A stretch of DNA of 57,546 nucleotides, taken from Eubacteriales bacterium (lineage in GTDB: Bacteria; Bacillota; Clostridia; Oscillospirales; CAG-272). This document shows, one piece after another, positions 1 through 11,600 of this stretch. Below the pieces are notes generated by a model that ran no database searches, was not told where the DNA came from, and was given only the letters and a program-made list of their open reading frames with translations. The translations under genes were made by a program, and so were the position numbers. Location of the stretch: NCBI GenBank assembly GCA_045540515.1, contig JAZQHJ010000078.1, positions 1-57,546 on the forward strand, given 5' to 3'. Positions within the stretch are counted from its first letter, which is position 1. Each line of letters starts with the position of its first letter.

Positions 1-133
1 CACCGCCAACATCTATATCAGCTATAGCCTGTGGCATCTGTGACACCTTATATTTATCTGTTGTGCCTGTCTTTGCTCTGATAGCGTCAGCGATAGCTTG
101 AATATCTGTTTCTTCATATCGTTTTAATGACAT
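1..133 (-). CDS. Virion-region hypothetical protein, N-terminal 44 aa only (gene runs off the window)
   Basis: ATG at 133-131 overlaps the stop of the fibre gene (ATGA). My translation is MSLKRYEETDIQAIADAIRAKTGTTDKYKVSQMPQAIADIDVGG, with no stop before position 1. Confidence 0.5.
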   Translation of the reverse strand, partial: MSLKRYEETDIQAIADAIRAKTGTTDKYKVSQMPQAIADIDVGG

Positions 134-2151
134 CAGTACTCAACCTCGCTTCCGTCAGGTATCATATCAACTACAAGGTCAGCGATTTCTTGCTTGTCGG
201 TGTCGGTTAGGGTATACTCAGTAGATAGCTTTTTCCACTCATATGTACTTGGAACGCCAGTTTCTGGACTATTGTGTTGGATTTTTGTGCACACATATAA
301 ACTGTCAAATTTTCCGTGTGGAAAGTGTGCTATAACCTCACTTGCTTTGCCAAACGTTAATTCTGTAATTTCATCATCATAAACAGGTCTTGCACGATGG
401 ATTTCATTATAAAACAACTTAGCACTTGGGACTTGTTCGTCATAACCACCTGCGTCTACATATGTGACAATATTAGATGTATCGACTTTTGCGTTTAACG
501 ATGTTTGTATTGCGTCAAATTTTCTATATAACACATTATTTTGGACTGCGTTATAAGAATATGGGGCTAAATAACTGTCATATTTATATTTCTGGCTACT
601 TGTTTTATCCACTAAATCATAGAACAATTCTTGTTTTGAATATACCGCATACAAAGTTAGATGTTTATGCTCTGTATGAGCAACATCTAAATATTCTTCG
701 TATTTAGCAAAAAAAACGAAATCACCGTTATACCCCTCGCTCAATACAATCATATAAGGGAAATTTACTTTAAAATCATCATACTCGTAAATTTCATCTT
801 CAGTCGAAAATTCTAAAACTTCAAAACCTAAAGCATTTGAAAGTTCCTCAGCTGTAATATCTTCCGATAGTTCTTTATCTGCGATTTTTCGTGTTATTGG
901 TACATAACCGCTTAAATCAACATCACCATTACCAGACGGTGCTATCTCCACCCATTTATAAGTGCCATCGGTTTGTTTGCCCAGACACAAATATAGACCT
1001 GTAAACTTAGTGTTATCTCCGACACAAACTAACTGTCTGTATTCGCCAACATTATTAGATGTAGGTGGATTAAAAAGAGTCCCTATAGTGCTGACTTCCA
1101 AAGCACCTTTTAATTCATCTGCTGTTATGTTGTTTTTCAACTTTAATTCCGCAAGCGTGGTATTGTCTTTGAGATAATCAGTTAAGCAAAGCCAAAAGTA
1201 ATTCGCATAGCCGTTTTCAGTTACTTGTTTTCCATAACAAACATAGAGTGCTTTGTCTTTAGAAATAAGCCAAAAGTCACCCACTTCTGCCAAAGTTTCT
1301 AAATCGTTAGTTGGCGGTAAGGTCGAGTGTATAACGATTTTTCCTTTAACATCAAGTGCGGTTTTGAGCTTCTCTGCCGTAACGTCATCAGCCAAACTAA
1401 TGCCTGCTATGGTTCTTATCGTTGGTACATAATTTGATAAATCTATGTCACTACCAGTAACAATCGGTATCCACTTATATGTGCCATTAGACTGTTTTCC
1501 TAAACATAAATATAACGCCGTTATCTGTGACCCATCACTAACACCCAAAAGCTGTCTATAGTCTCCTATTGTGCTTGGTGTCGGAGCTTTAGGAAGCAAC
1601 CCTATACCATAAACTTGTAAAGCACCTCTAAGCTCCTCTGCCGTAATGTTGTCAGTTAAATCAACACCTGCAATATTTCGTGATACGGGTACATAATATT
1701 GAGCTAACGCCCCCAGCGCTACGTCTGAGTTTAAAATATCCTCTTCGTTGTATATTGTTTTCATTACAAGAATATTAAACTCAGCTGAAGCAATTTTATG
1801 ATCTACAGTTTCGCCGTCAACAACCTCAACAGACGAAATAACAAACTGACACTCGACCTTACCTTCCACTGCTGTTGTCTGTTTGTGATTGTCGCTATCG
1901 CCATTATCTTTGTCTAAATCATATATAGCTATGTTTTTGTTCTCGTCCACGTCACAGGTACAATTCAAAAAAGTACCATCGGGCTTTGTTGCGGTAAAAG
2001 CAACATTACACTCAGACAAAATATAAGGCACACCATTTTGTGTAAATGACACTTGAATTATTCTCTTTGTATCACCACGAAACATTGGTATTTGAATTTG
2101 AGATCCGTGTTTGTTTAAATCTAAACTAATTTTTATAATTGATGGGTTCAA
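133..2151 (-). CDS. Tail fibre / receptor-binding protein with a BppU-like N-terminal domain and internal ~88-aa repeats
   Basis: 672-aa ORF at the end of the late operon, TTG start with GGGGG 9 nt upstream. The N-terminus (MNPSIIKISLDLNKHGSQIQIPMFRGDTKR...) resembles baseplate upper protein N-domains. It contains repeated YVPxxRxIAGxxLxxxITAEELxxAL fibre-type motifs. Confidence 0.65.
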   Translation of the reverse strand: MNPSIIKISLDLNKHGSQIQIPMFRGDTKRIIQVSFTQNGVPYILSECNVAFTATKPDGTFLNCTCDVDENKNIAIYDLDKDNGDSDNHKQTTAVEGKVECQFVISSVEVVDGETVDHKIASAEFNILVMKTIYNEEDILNSDVALGALAQYYVPVSRNIAGVDLTDNITAEELRGALQVYGIGLLPKAPTPSTIGDYRQLLGVSDGSQITALYLCLGKQSNGTYKWIPIVTGSDIDLSNYVPTIRTIAGISLADDVTAEKLKTALDVKGKIVIHSTLPPTNDLETLAEVGDFWLISKDKALYVCYGKQVTENGYANYFWLCLTDYLKDNTTLAELKLKNNITADELKGALEVSTIGTLFNPPTSNNVGEYRQLVCVGDNTKFTGLYLCLGKQTDGTYKWVEIAPSGNGDVDLSGYVPITRKIADKELSEDITAEELSNALGFEVLEFSTEDEIYEYDDFKVNFPYMIVLSEGYNGDFVFFAKYEEYLDVAHTEHKHLTLYAVYSKQELFYDLVDKTSSQKYKYDSYLAPYSYNAVQNNVLYRKFDAIQTSLNAKVDTSNIVTYVDAGGYDEQVPSAKLFYNEIHRARPVYDDEITELTFGKASEVIAHFPHGKFDSLYVCTKIQHNSPETGVPSTYEWKKLSTEYTLTDTDKQEIADLVVDMIPDGSEVEY
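826..1695 (-). repeat. Three and a third tandem ~88-aa protein repeats inside the fibre gene
   Basis: Residues 153-240, 241-330, 331-415 and 416-442 each start with YVP(V/T/I)xR..IA...L..(D/N)(I/V)TA(E/D)(E/K)L..AL. The first and third also share Y(R)QL..V.D....T.LYLCLGKQ..GTYKW. Confidence 0.75.
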
Positions 2152-2176
2152 AAAAACGCCCCCTTGTTAGCTTTTA

Positions 2177-2220
2177 ATTTAATGGTAGCACACCTTTTTA
2201 GATATCCACACCCACCCCAA
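2177..2220 (-). promoter_or_regulatory. Copy A of a 44-nt bipartite element TTGGGGTGGGTGTGGA-N11-GTGTKCTACMATTAAAT (minus-strand reading)
   Basis: The 16-mer is identical to 23208-23223 and the second box matches 15/17 at identical spacing. It lies just downstream of a minus-strand terminator and 25 nt upstream of the fibre start. Confidence 0.5.
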
Positions 2221-2227
2221 AAAGACA

Positions 2228-2262
2228 TAAAAAAACAGCGCACACTCCGTAGAATGTACGCT
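2228..2262 (-). terminator. Putative intrinsic terminator on the minus strand
   Basis: Minus-strand RNA reads AGCGTACA-ttctacggag-TGTGCGCT (8 bp, one G-U) followed by GTTTTTTTAT. Confidence 0.45.
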
Positions 2263-2313
2263 ATCAATACGTTATTTACTTGTATTTGCTTCCAGTAGGT
2301 TTTTAATATTTTA

Positions 2314-2342
2314 TTGACAAAAATTTTTAATAAAAGTAGAAT
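2314..2342 (+). promoter_or_regulatory. SigA-type promoter for the plus-strand moron
   Basis: TTGACA (2314-2319), 17-nt spacer, TAGAAT (2337-2342); RBS GAGGTGG at 2349-2355. Confidence 0.6.
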
Positions 2343-2359
2343 GTTGTTGAGGTGGTTGT

Positions 2360-2653
2360 ATGAAATTTTTTAAAGAACATAAATTTGACTTTATATTTAA
2401 TATATGTTTTATTGTCTTTTTATTTCTTAACTGGTTTGCTGGCGATATCGTTAAGAAAATTATTAGTTTTTTAATAAGCTTTATTGGAGCTATAATAATA
2501 GTTGCAATTCTTGCTTATACTTTACATAATTTGACCAAAAGCAAAACCTTCAATAAAATATTCGAAAAATTAAACATCTCATATATAACTCGTGTTACAG
2601 TGTTTTTCTCTATAGCTATAGCGATATACACTTGTTTAAATGTTTTTATATAA
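2360..2653 (+). CDS. Small membrane protein (about 3 TM segments), moron inside the late operon
   Basis: 97-aa hydrophobic ORF on the opposite strand to all neighbours, with its own promoter, RBS and terminator. Confidence 0.65.
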   Translation: MKFFKEHKFDFIFNICFIVFLFLNWFAGDIVKKIISFLISFIGAIIIVAILAYTLHNLTKSKTFNKIFEKLNISYITRVTVFFSIAIAIYTCLNVFI

Positions 2654-2660
2654 ACAATTA

Positions 2661-2697
2661 CCCCTACGGAACAATTATGAACCGTAGGGGTTTTTTT
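2661..2697. terminator. Bidirectional intrinsic terminator shared by the moron (+) and the giant gene (-)
   Basis: CCCCTACGG (2661-2669) pairs with CCGTAGGGG (2682-2690), followed by T7 on the plus strand. It sits directly after both stop codons. Confidence 0.75.
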
Positions 2698-5600
2698 ATT
2701 TGCGAGACTCTGCCTGCTTTTCTCTATCTTGCTTTTCTAAATAGCCTTCTCGCCAACCTTGACAAAGTTTATCTATATCAGCAAGTTTGCTCCACAAGCC
2801 TGTTGAATATAATACTCTTTTGATTTGATTTGCCTTGTTAGCGTTTTTCTCAACAAATAGATAGTTAAGGTACACATCTTTATAATAGTTACCAAAAGAG
2901 CTCTTGACAGAAGAAATCGCTTTTTTCTTAGCTTCTTCCTTTGTATAACCTTGTATATAATACTCATCGTATTTTTCCTGCACTATTTCATCAACTATAA
3001 GCTGAGTTTCTGTAGTGTTACCCTTCTCATACGCTGTATTATATCTATTAATATTTTGAGAAATTGAACGATTTGTTCCTGCTTCAAACTTCAGAAAGTC
3101 ACCGTTAGCAATATCAACATACCAATAGTACAAGCCTGTAGCAATTTTTTCGACATTAGTAAGAGGAATACCCGTAAGCTGACATACCGATTTTGCTAAA
3201 TTATTAAAATTCTCTAAATTAGGTTCTCCTGAAAAATCAACTATGCTATCTGCTATTTCGGCGAACGTCTCTACTCCGTTTAATGACATACCATAATAGT
3301 AATCTTTACCATCGCCAAACCACTTGTTCCATAATACTTTGCTCAGAGAATACATATCAGAACCTAAGAACACACAGCCAACTATAGTATCTATAAGGTT
3401 ATCGAGTAATGTTAAAGATACGCTTTCTGCTGTTAGCTCATCATCATCGTCTCTGTATCCATTAAGACTGTGCATTAGGATGTCAGATAAAGCTTTCATA
3501 GCAACGATAGTAACCGCTGCTACCGCCTGACTGCTAACGGCTCTGTTAAGATCTATTTTGGCATCTTTGACATCTTGCACTGTTACTTCGTTCTTGCCTG
3601 ATTTATAGTCTTTCAACATTTTATTATATTTACCTACAGAACGATAAACTATGTTGAAATTCTGCAAACGCTGTGTCATAAACATAGTCATAGTCTTTAA
3701 TAATGAGTTTGGATTTCTTAACAAATCAGGTCTTTGCATAGTGGCGTAATTAGGCTGAGTGCGTTCAACTATATTGTTAAACACCTTTGCAACTTCCTCA
3801 TAATATGTGTCTGTTCCTTTTTTAAGGTCAGTCTTGTTATCTTGCACATAATATTCAGCAGCATACCAGAGCCTGCCGACAGTTGCACCATCAACAGCCT
3901 GTATCCAGCCAAGCAACCAACGCATTTTCTTTTCTGCTACAATACGCTTACTGCGCTCGCTTTTGAGGTCGCCAATCTCAGTTGTTGAATATCCCTGCAT
4001 ACGCTTATATAACAGTGGACTCCACTTTGCTATAAGTTCCTTATCTGCACGACTAATAACGCTACCGTTTTTTCCGCCCTTAGCAAGGGCCTTAATTAGT
4101 GGTTTCCAACCTATCTCTGCTGCTGCTGTTGGATATGATGCTGCCTGAGCGATAGCAACTCTAAGGTTTACCGACAAAGTTGCATGTGCCAAGCTTCCAC
4201 GTGCTTTATCCAATGTTTTGGATATAAAATCTGTAGAGCCTTTACGGCCTGCTGTCAAATCAGTTAAAAGATCATCAATATAGTTAGTAGCAATTTTTGA
4301 AAACTTCAAACTTAACTCTCGCTGTACAGAGGTTTCAAAACCTGCTTTTGTTGTTCCGTATACTTTTTGGAAGTTTTTGATCGGGATAGTCATACCACAA
4401 TATGTTGACACTCTATCAATATAAGTGGTAATTACATCTGTGATATCCTCAAGTAAAATAGGGTTACTTGCTCCCATGGTACGACTCTTCATCATTCCAG
4501 AATTTTCAAGCGACAAATCTCTAACTATATTTTCGAAACTTGCAGCCCTATAGTTCGAATCGGTATGAATTGGATAATAGTTTTTAACTGTTGCTTTTGC
4601 GTAGCCATACAATTTGTATGTTGTATCGTTGAGTTCTCTTTTAGTTACTGTATCAAAGAAATAATGTGCAGTAGAAAGCCACTGCTTTTCATACTCTGTC
4701 AGCTGAGATTCTATAGCGCCTCTCAAACCCGATATATACTGTTCGCCCTGAGATTTTGCATTTTCAAGCTTAGTTTTTACATCATCTATTTTATTTTGAA
4801 TATCTTTTGTTTTCTTAGGATCATCCTTAGCCTCTTCTAATTCATCCTCTAACTCAGAAAGCTGATGATTCAACTTTGAGGTTAAAAGTGAAATGCCACG
4901 TGCCGACTCCTGCTTAGTGCCAAATGCCTTATCCATATCGCCCTTGTAATAAGAAGCAATATCAGGAACAGTCAAACCGCCTCTTTGAATATGATTAGCA
5001 TTCTGCTGATTAGTCAAGTGCATATACAGCGACAACATCATACCTCTTGTTATCTGTATTTTATTGCCCTCATCATCTGACAAACCTATGTCTACCAACT
5101 CTTTTGTATTTATGAGTGTTTTTAAGCTTTTTCTGTCTGCAAGCAACTCATCAAACAACTGATAAAATTCCATTTCCATTCTTGTGGTCTTGAGCTGACC
5201 ATCGTTTAGCATACGATACAATTTAGAAGAATTAGAGTCTTTTTTGAAACCAGCAATCGTATCAAAAAACGACTCCGGACTCGTCATCATAGTTAGATAC
5301 TTGTCCAATAAAGAATCATGAGATTTTGGAATATCTCTTATTTCTTGTATTAGAGTACGACCAAACTCGTGTGTTGACTGCTTATACTCAGTATCAGTTA
5401 ATTTTACTGACTCACACACAACTGTATCAAGAGCCTTGAGTGTATCATAAGTATACTGCAACTGTCTAAATGACATATTAGTTATAGATGTGTTACCAAG
5501 TATGTCTGTCAAATGCAACATCATATTTGAAACAGTATCATCATACGCTGCATAATAAGAGGCATCGTTTTTCATAGCATCATAAACTGTACGCAATGAA

Positions 5601-8600
5601 GCAATTTTTTCTGTGAGTTTTTCACTTCTTCCAGAATCGAGATTAATAGCATTAAGCACATCTATAGTCTGACTCACAAGCTCTCTTGGTACATATTTAT
5701 TCTGAGTAGGGTGCAACAAACGAGACTTAAAAGAATCGGTAAGCTTTCTGATCTTACCTCTGAGCTCGGTCTTGTTTCTACGCTCGGTGAGATTTTTTCG
5801 CTCTTGCTTATGCTTTTCTACAAGCTTGTCGTACTTTTTCTTTTCAGCCTCTTGAACCTTGCGTCTTGTCTCTGCCTTTGCTTTCTTGACTTTTTCGTTG
5901 TGCTCTCTATGCAGTTTTCTGACAAGAGTATCTACATATCCGTTTTTACGATTATTGTACTTTTTCTCAACTACATCAGCTATCAAACGGCCAGTTAACT
6001 CTCCTGCCAGGTTGTTTTGCGATTTGCCAAACGCATACTCCACACCAGCATCCTGTGGATGATAAATTCTGTCAACCTTTTCTAAGAAAGTCTCCCAATT
6101 ATCTACAGCATCAGAATCTTCCGCACTAAACACCTGTGGAAACTCTTGAGCTAAATCGTAATAAAAAGTAGCAAAATCAACCTTGCGAGATTTGGTATCG
6201 CTGTTCTTTTTGACAACGTTAAGTTTGCCAAACAACTGATTTTTCAGCCACCCAACAGAACGACCTTGAAACTCAAGCGAGGACACCTGATCATCAGTCA
6301 GATAAACAGAATTTTTCTTTCTAAAGTCATTCAAATACTCTGATAAATCTTCTTTGAGTGCAATATCATCCTCAGTAGCAAAGGTAGTGTTTTTAATTAC
6401 CTTTTCAAATGTAGAACTGATAAGCTCCATATTTGCTTTTACATCTGATATATTTTTGCTATCAAGTAAAGACAACAGAGCAATAGAGATATCCTTGTTG
6501 TTTGAACTATCGAGATTATACGACTTGACAAGTTTTGATACAATGCGATTCAAGGCACTATCTGATAATTCTGTTTTACGTGTGTTATTAATCAGATGGT
6601 TAACAGTCAAGGCATCGCCTGTTATGTACTGACCGATAAGATATGCGTCATTGTCTGTCAACTCGCTGTACTCGTCATCAAACAGAAAATCATCTATACT
6701 CGGACGAGGTTGGTATTTTGTTTCACCATCAAAGTCCAGGCGAGTTTGGTAGAGCTTTTCACCTATTTGATTATATGCGGATAAGTATGTTTCAGTTTCT
6801 GTATTACTTCCTGTTCGTTCTGTGAACTGTTTAGTATATCCGTAAGATTTGAAAGAGTCTGGTAATAATGCTCTTTCCCCTGTGTCTTTGCGTCCCTTGT
6901 GATAGCTAAAATCTGCCGACTCGTAGTTTCTAACAAATTGGCTTCCGATAATATTCTCAGAAAGTTGTAAGCCGTATGAGTACTCGGATTTATTTCTCTT
7001 GTGGTCTTCTTGCTCATAGTAAATAATCTCCTTATATATTTCCGCTTCTGTTTCATTATTGGCGTTTATTACCAACACATTATGTATGATTGGAGCCTCG
7101 AATGGTCCGCTAATTAAAACCAACTTATTGTTAACTTCAACCACTCGTGTTCCATCGCCTAAAACATTATCTGTTTTCTGACGAGTTCTTGTATTAAGCT
7201 CGTTAAACTTTTCTTGTAACAGCTTATGCTCTTCATCAGTAAACAATCCGCTTGCCCATCCACGATTATTATACACCTTAAGCTCATTATCATCAAGGGT
7301 ATTTAGGTCAATATCAGTATATCTGCGAGAATATCGGAACTCCTGTATGCTAGAAACATAAGGCTCTGTACCATCAGCAAAATACTGTCTTATATCATTT
7401 ATGATTTTGCTTGTTTTTGTGCCTGACGGATATTCGACACTAACTTTCGTGTTACCTTGCAAATCATCTATATCAAGTAATATTTCTCCGTTAGCACGAG
7501 TAATATAGTCACTCAAAGCTGATTCCTGTGCTTTTGTTGGTGCAACAGAAAGATTTATACCATCTGATTCAGGCATAATTCTGATATTGCCCTGTTGCAT
7601 AAAGTGTACCATTGCCTCAGAACCACTTTCAAACTGTTCTTGGTCTTCTTCAGAAAAGCCGTCCCATATTTCTCTATGGTCTATTGTGCGATATCTTGCA
7701 TTAGAGCCAAACTTTCTGCCTGAAAAATCGAGTTTTCTGCCATCCGTCAATAGATATCCTGTTTCTTTCCAACTATATGTAGTTCCAAAGTGTTCTACCG
7801 TATCAGCAATAAGTCTTTGAGAAGATTTTTTTGAATTACTGTTGCTTTTTTCGGTGGAATCGGGTATAATACTTGTAGAGACATCATCTGTTGGCGACAA
7901 GCCTGAGTTTTCATTAACTCCGCCCGCCCTTTCAGTGGTGTCTTCTTTTTTTATATCAAAAACAAACTGCGTACCATCAGGCAATACTAACCTGTGCATT
8001 TTGTAATAATTATTATCTGCCATCCTCACTACAACAGCAACATTACCTCGTGTACCATTTATTGACACAGGTCCAGCAAAAGTCACAGTATTATATAGTC
8101 TATTTTTGTGGTTACTATGCTCGCCAATTTTTATACCTTTCATAATAATTTGCGGAACAGTAGCAAATGCAATTATTTCATTTTCGTTCTTAAGATATCT
8201 AAATCCATTTTTAATACGCTTAGAATCAAGTATCACATTACCAAACCCACTACGATTAATAATATCACCGTATTCTTCAAGTTGTTCAACAGCCCAGTCT
8301 CTCGCCTCTTGTTTAGTAGTGAATTCAAAATCCGAATTCACCCAGGCTACTATGTCCATATTATTTAGTAAATCTATATTTTCAATAATTTGCTCTCTAA
8401 GAGAACTGCTGTTTTCTCTTGAAAAATGCTTCACACCGTCCTCTGTGGCGGTGTTTTTTGTTTGTGATTTACCTGTAACTGTATCAGCGTTTTTACTTGC
8501 GTTTATGATACCCTGTGACCACTTGTCCATAATATCACTTAGTGTATCTGACATCTGGCTTACTATCTTGCTTTCTTCTGAATCTGCCGATAGTCTGCTA

Positions 8601-11600
8601 TATATCTCTTTTACCTTTGCTAAAAGGTCAGACAATAACTTCTTTATCTTCTGAGCAAGGCTTTTGTTTGTTTCAGACAGCTTTTCTACCTGCTGTGTCA
8701 GATTACCGTCAGCTAAGAAGCGTTCACAACTATCTGCTATAACTTCCTCAAACGCTTCGTTATAACTGAGTTTCTGTGACTGCATCCTGTCTTTAACAAG
8801 CTCATCCACATCAACGCCATGCTTTATGTACTCAGATACAAGAAAATCTGAAAAAGCTTTAAAATCTTCAGGTGAGTTCTTTGCGAAATAATGTGTTAGC
8901 TCGTGTGCCGCAGTAAACAGAATTGTACCCTTGCCGTTCATACCAGCATTAACGTCTATGTACATTGTGTTGGTATCTCGGTCAAACTGACCGTTTACTT
9001 CACCATATTTTGATGTAAAGCCACTCTTGGTCTTTGCTGAACGCTTAGATTCAAAGAATACAACATTATACCCAAGTTTATCCGCAAGATATGTAACAAC
9101 AGCTACACCCACTTGCTGACGTGCTGTGAGCTGTGATTTATCAAAGCCCTCAAACTTAACCTTGCTCTTTGTCTTGTAGTTGCTGTTATTAAGCTTTGAT
9201 TTTGCTTTTTGTACCTCTGCTTCGCGCAATGCCTGACCCACATCATAGTAGCTCTGCATTACACTTTGTGGCAACCCGTATGCTGTTAATTTACTATTAT
9301 CAGAAATATAGCCTTTTGCTAACGCTGACTTAACGTCAGATATATACTCTCCTGCTGTACCAAAGCTCTCGTGATATCCATTAAAAATAGAATTAGCTAT
9401 ATATGGACTTAGTTCTACCCCCATATAATTTTGAATATCTACTACGCCCTGATACAACACAGCAGAGTCTTTGTTACCAAGACTAAGCTCTTTTACAGAT
9501 TTAGTGCTACCGTCTGCCAGTTCTACAACAACATCATTTTTAGTAACACTTTTTATATCACCAACCTCAACAGCCTGTGCCGTGTCTGCTATATAGGTTT
9601 TGCCGTCATCGGACTGTGTGTAGTCTTCTATATCAATTTCTGTATCAGATGATTTCTCGACATTAGTGTTGTCAAGATATCTTTTGGTCTTATAAGTGTT
9701 ATGTATTCCCTCGAGCTGCTTTTCTGCCGCTCTGTTTAATATCACATCTGAACTATTGCGTATTGTTTTAAGCACCGCCTGAGCTTGTTCGGTATTTATT
9801 AGAGCGTTTTCTTTTTTGCTCAGCTTATCACCATTAAGTTCAGAATATACAGCGTCTACAGTTGCGTCTAAACTCTCGGTAACACCTAACCCGACTAACT
9901 CTTCTCGTATTGCTTCCTTTGTAGCTATGCTCTCTGCTCCAAAAACGAGGTCTGCGTTTCTTTCTTGTAATAATGAATACAGTTTGCCGACCTGTTTATT
10001 AAATCGCTTAGAAGCTAAATCTGAGGACTTTGTAGCCCCCGTGCTTTTTATCTTTTTAGCAAGTCCTATAATTTCTGCGTTTTCAGAGGTATTTGGCAAA
10101 CTCAATGCACTATCTACCAAAGCGTTAACGTTATTTGCCTCTGTTATATTCGCACCATATTTTTTGTTTTGTCGGTTTTGCTTTATTTCTGCGGATAAAG
10201 AAGGTGCATTAACAACAGCAGCTGAGCCACTACCTGCTACTAATCCTCCCATACCAGCTTCATATATTCGTGAAACCACCGCAAGAGCTAAAGCTACATT
10301 AGCAGACCACCCTTTTTCTAACATATAGACTTGAGCTTGTTGTGCTACATCAGATTTATCGCCTCTTAAAACCACATCAGCTGAGATGTTTACTATTTCT
10401 GTGCATATTTCTTCATAACCTTCTACACGTGCTTGTTTTAATACTCTCGCCAAAAATTTAGAGCCTTTTTTTGTGAATAATTTTTCTAAACTAATTTGTT
10501 CAAACACATACTCTGCAGCAGCTGCAATAGTTGCCTCAGTTGCTATTGTGCCGATATTTTCACCCTGCTCATAAAGTTCTCTCGCTCTTGCACTACCAGC
10601 AGCCATACTCAATGCTCCTGCCGCAAAACGCGAACCGCTTTTAACATCTTTTGTTACAGCAACACCAAGCGCACCAGCAAACATAGAATCAGCACCAGAC
10701 ATTAACGCTTGATAAGTGTCACCAACACTAAACCCCAACAAGTTTGCTCCATCTGTTTTTTTATCTATGTTGGAAGCTGTTTTTTCTCTTACTTTTTGGC
10801 TATCTGCCAACATAATATTAGAATTATCATATGGGCTATAATCATCTGTTAACATCTCATAACCATCAGAAACTCCTGATACAACACCGCCAACTACACC
10901 TGTTGGAACCGAAGCTAAATTTGCCAATATTGGTTGTTCTATAGCCCTCTTTTCTGCTTTTTTCATGCGATTATCAAAATTTTTCTTGTTAGTAATAATC
11001 GACATGTTCTCTAAGTATGAATCTGCCGCCTCTTTGCCCTCAGTGTTCAGAACGTAATAATACTTTGATACTTCTTCAGGTTCTAATAATGACCAGTTAT
11101 TTTTATCACCACTCAGTATTATGTTTTTATATGTATCTACGTTTTCACCCGAAATATATGTATTGGTTAATAAGTGTTCTTTTTCTTCATCTGTTAATCC
11201 GGTATAAAACGCATAAGAGTCAGTTACAACAGGTTGTGTATGTCTCTGATAATAAGTATCATCTAAAACATCGCCAAACGCATCTACATAATAAACGTTA
11301 CCATTACTATCATATTTTTCAGTAAATCCGTTGTCTATTCGTGTAGAGTAATCATTTATTTCCTGAAAACTTGGATTCACAAACTTTCTTTGCTTAGAAA
11401 CAACATCATAATCATCATTAGTTTCAATATTATAGTAATCATCGTATGTTTTTAAGCCACTTCGTTCATATAAATTTCTTATGGTTTCAAGTTCGTTTAT
11501 TCTGTTGTCTAAGCCGCTTGTTCCTGATGCACGTTTGTTTTTTAGCCCTTCGATTTCAGTAACTATTGCACTATAAGCATCTTTTCTGTTATCAACATTT

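Noticed and set aside
133-2151. Diversity-generating retroelement targeting the fibre
   Set aside because: No reverse transcriptase ORF and no template-repeat copy with adenine-specific mismatches exists anywhere in the window. The internal repeats are diverged protein modules.
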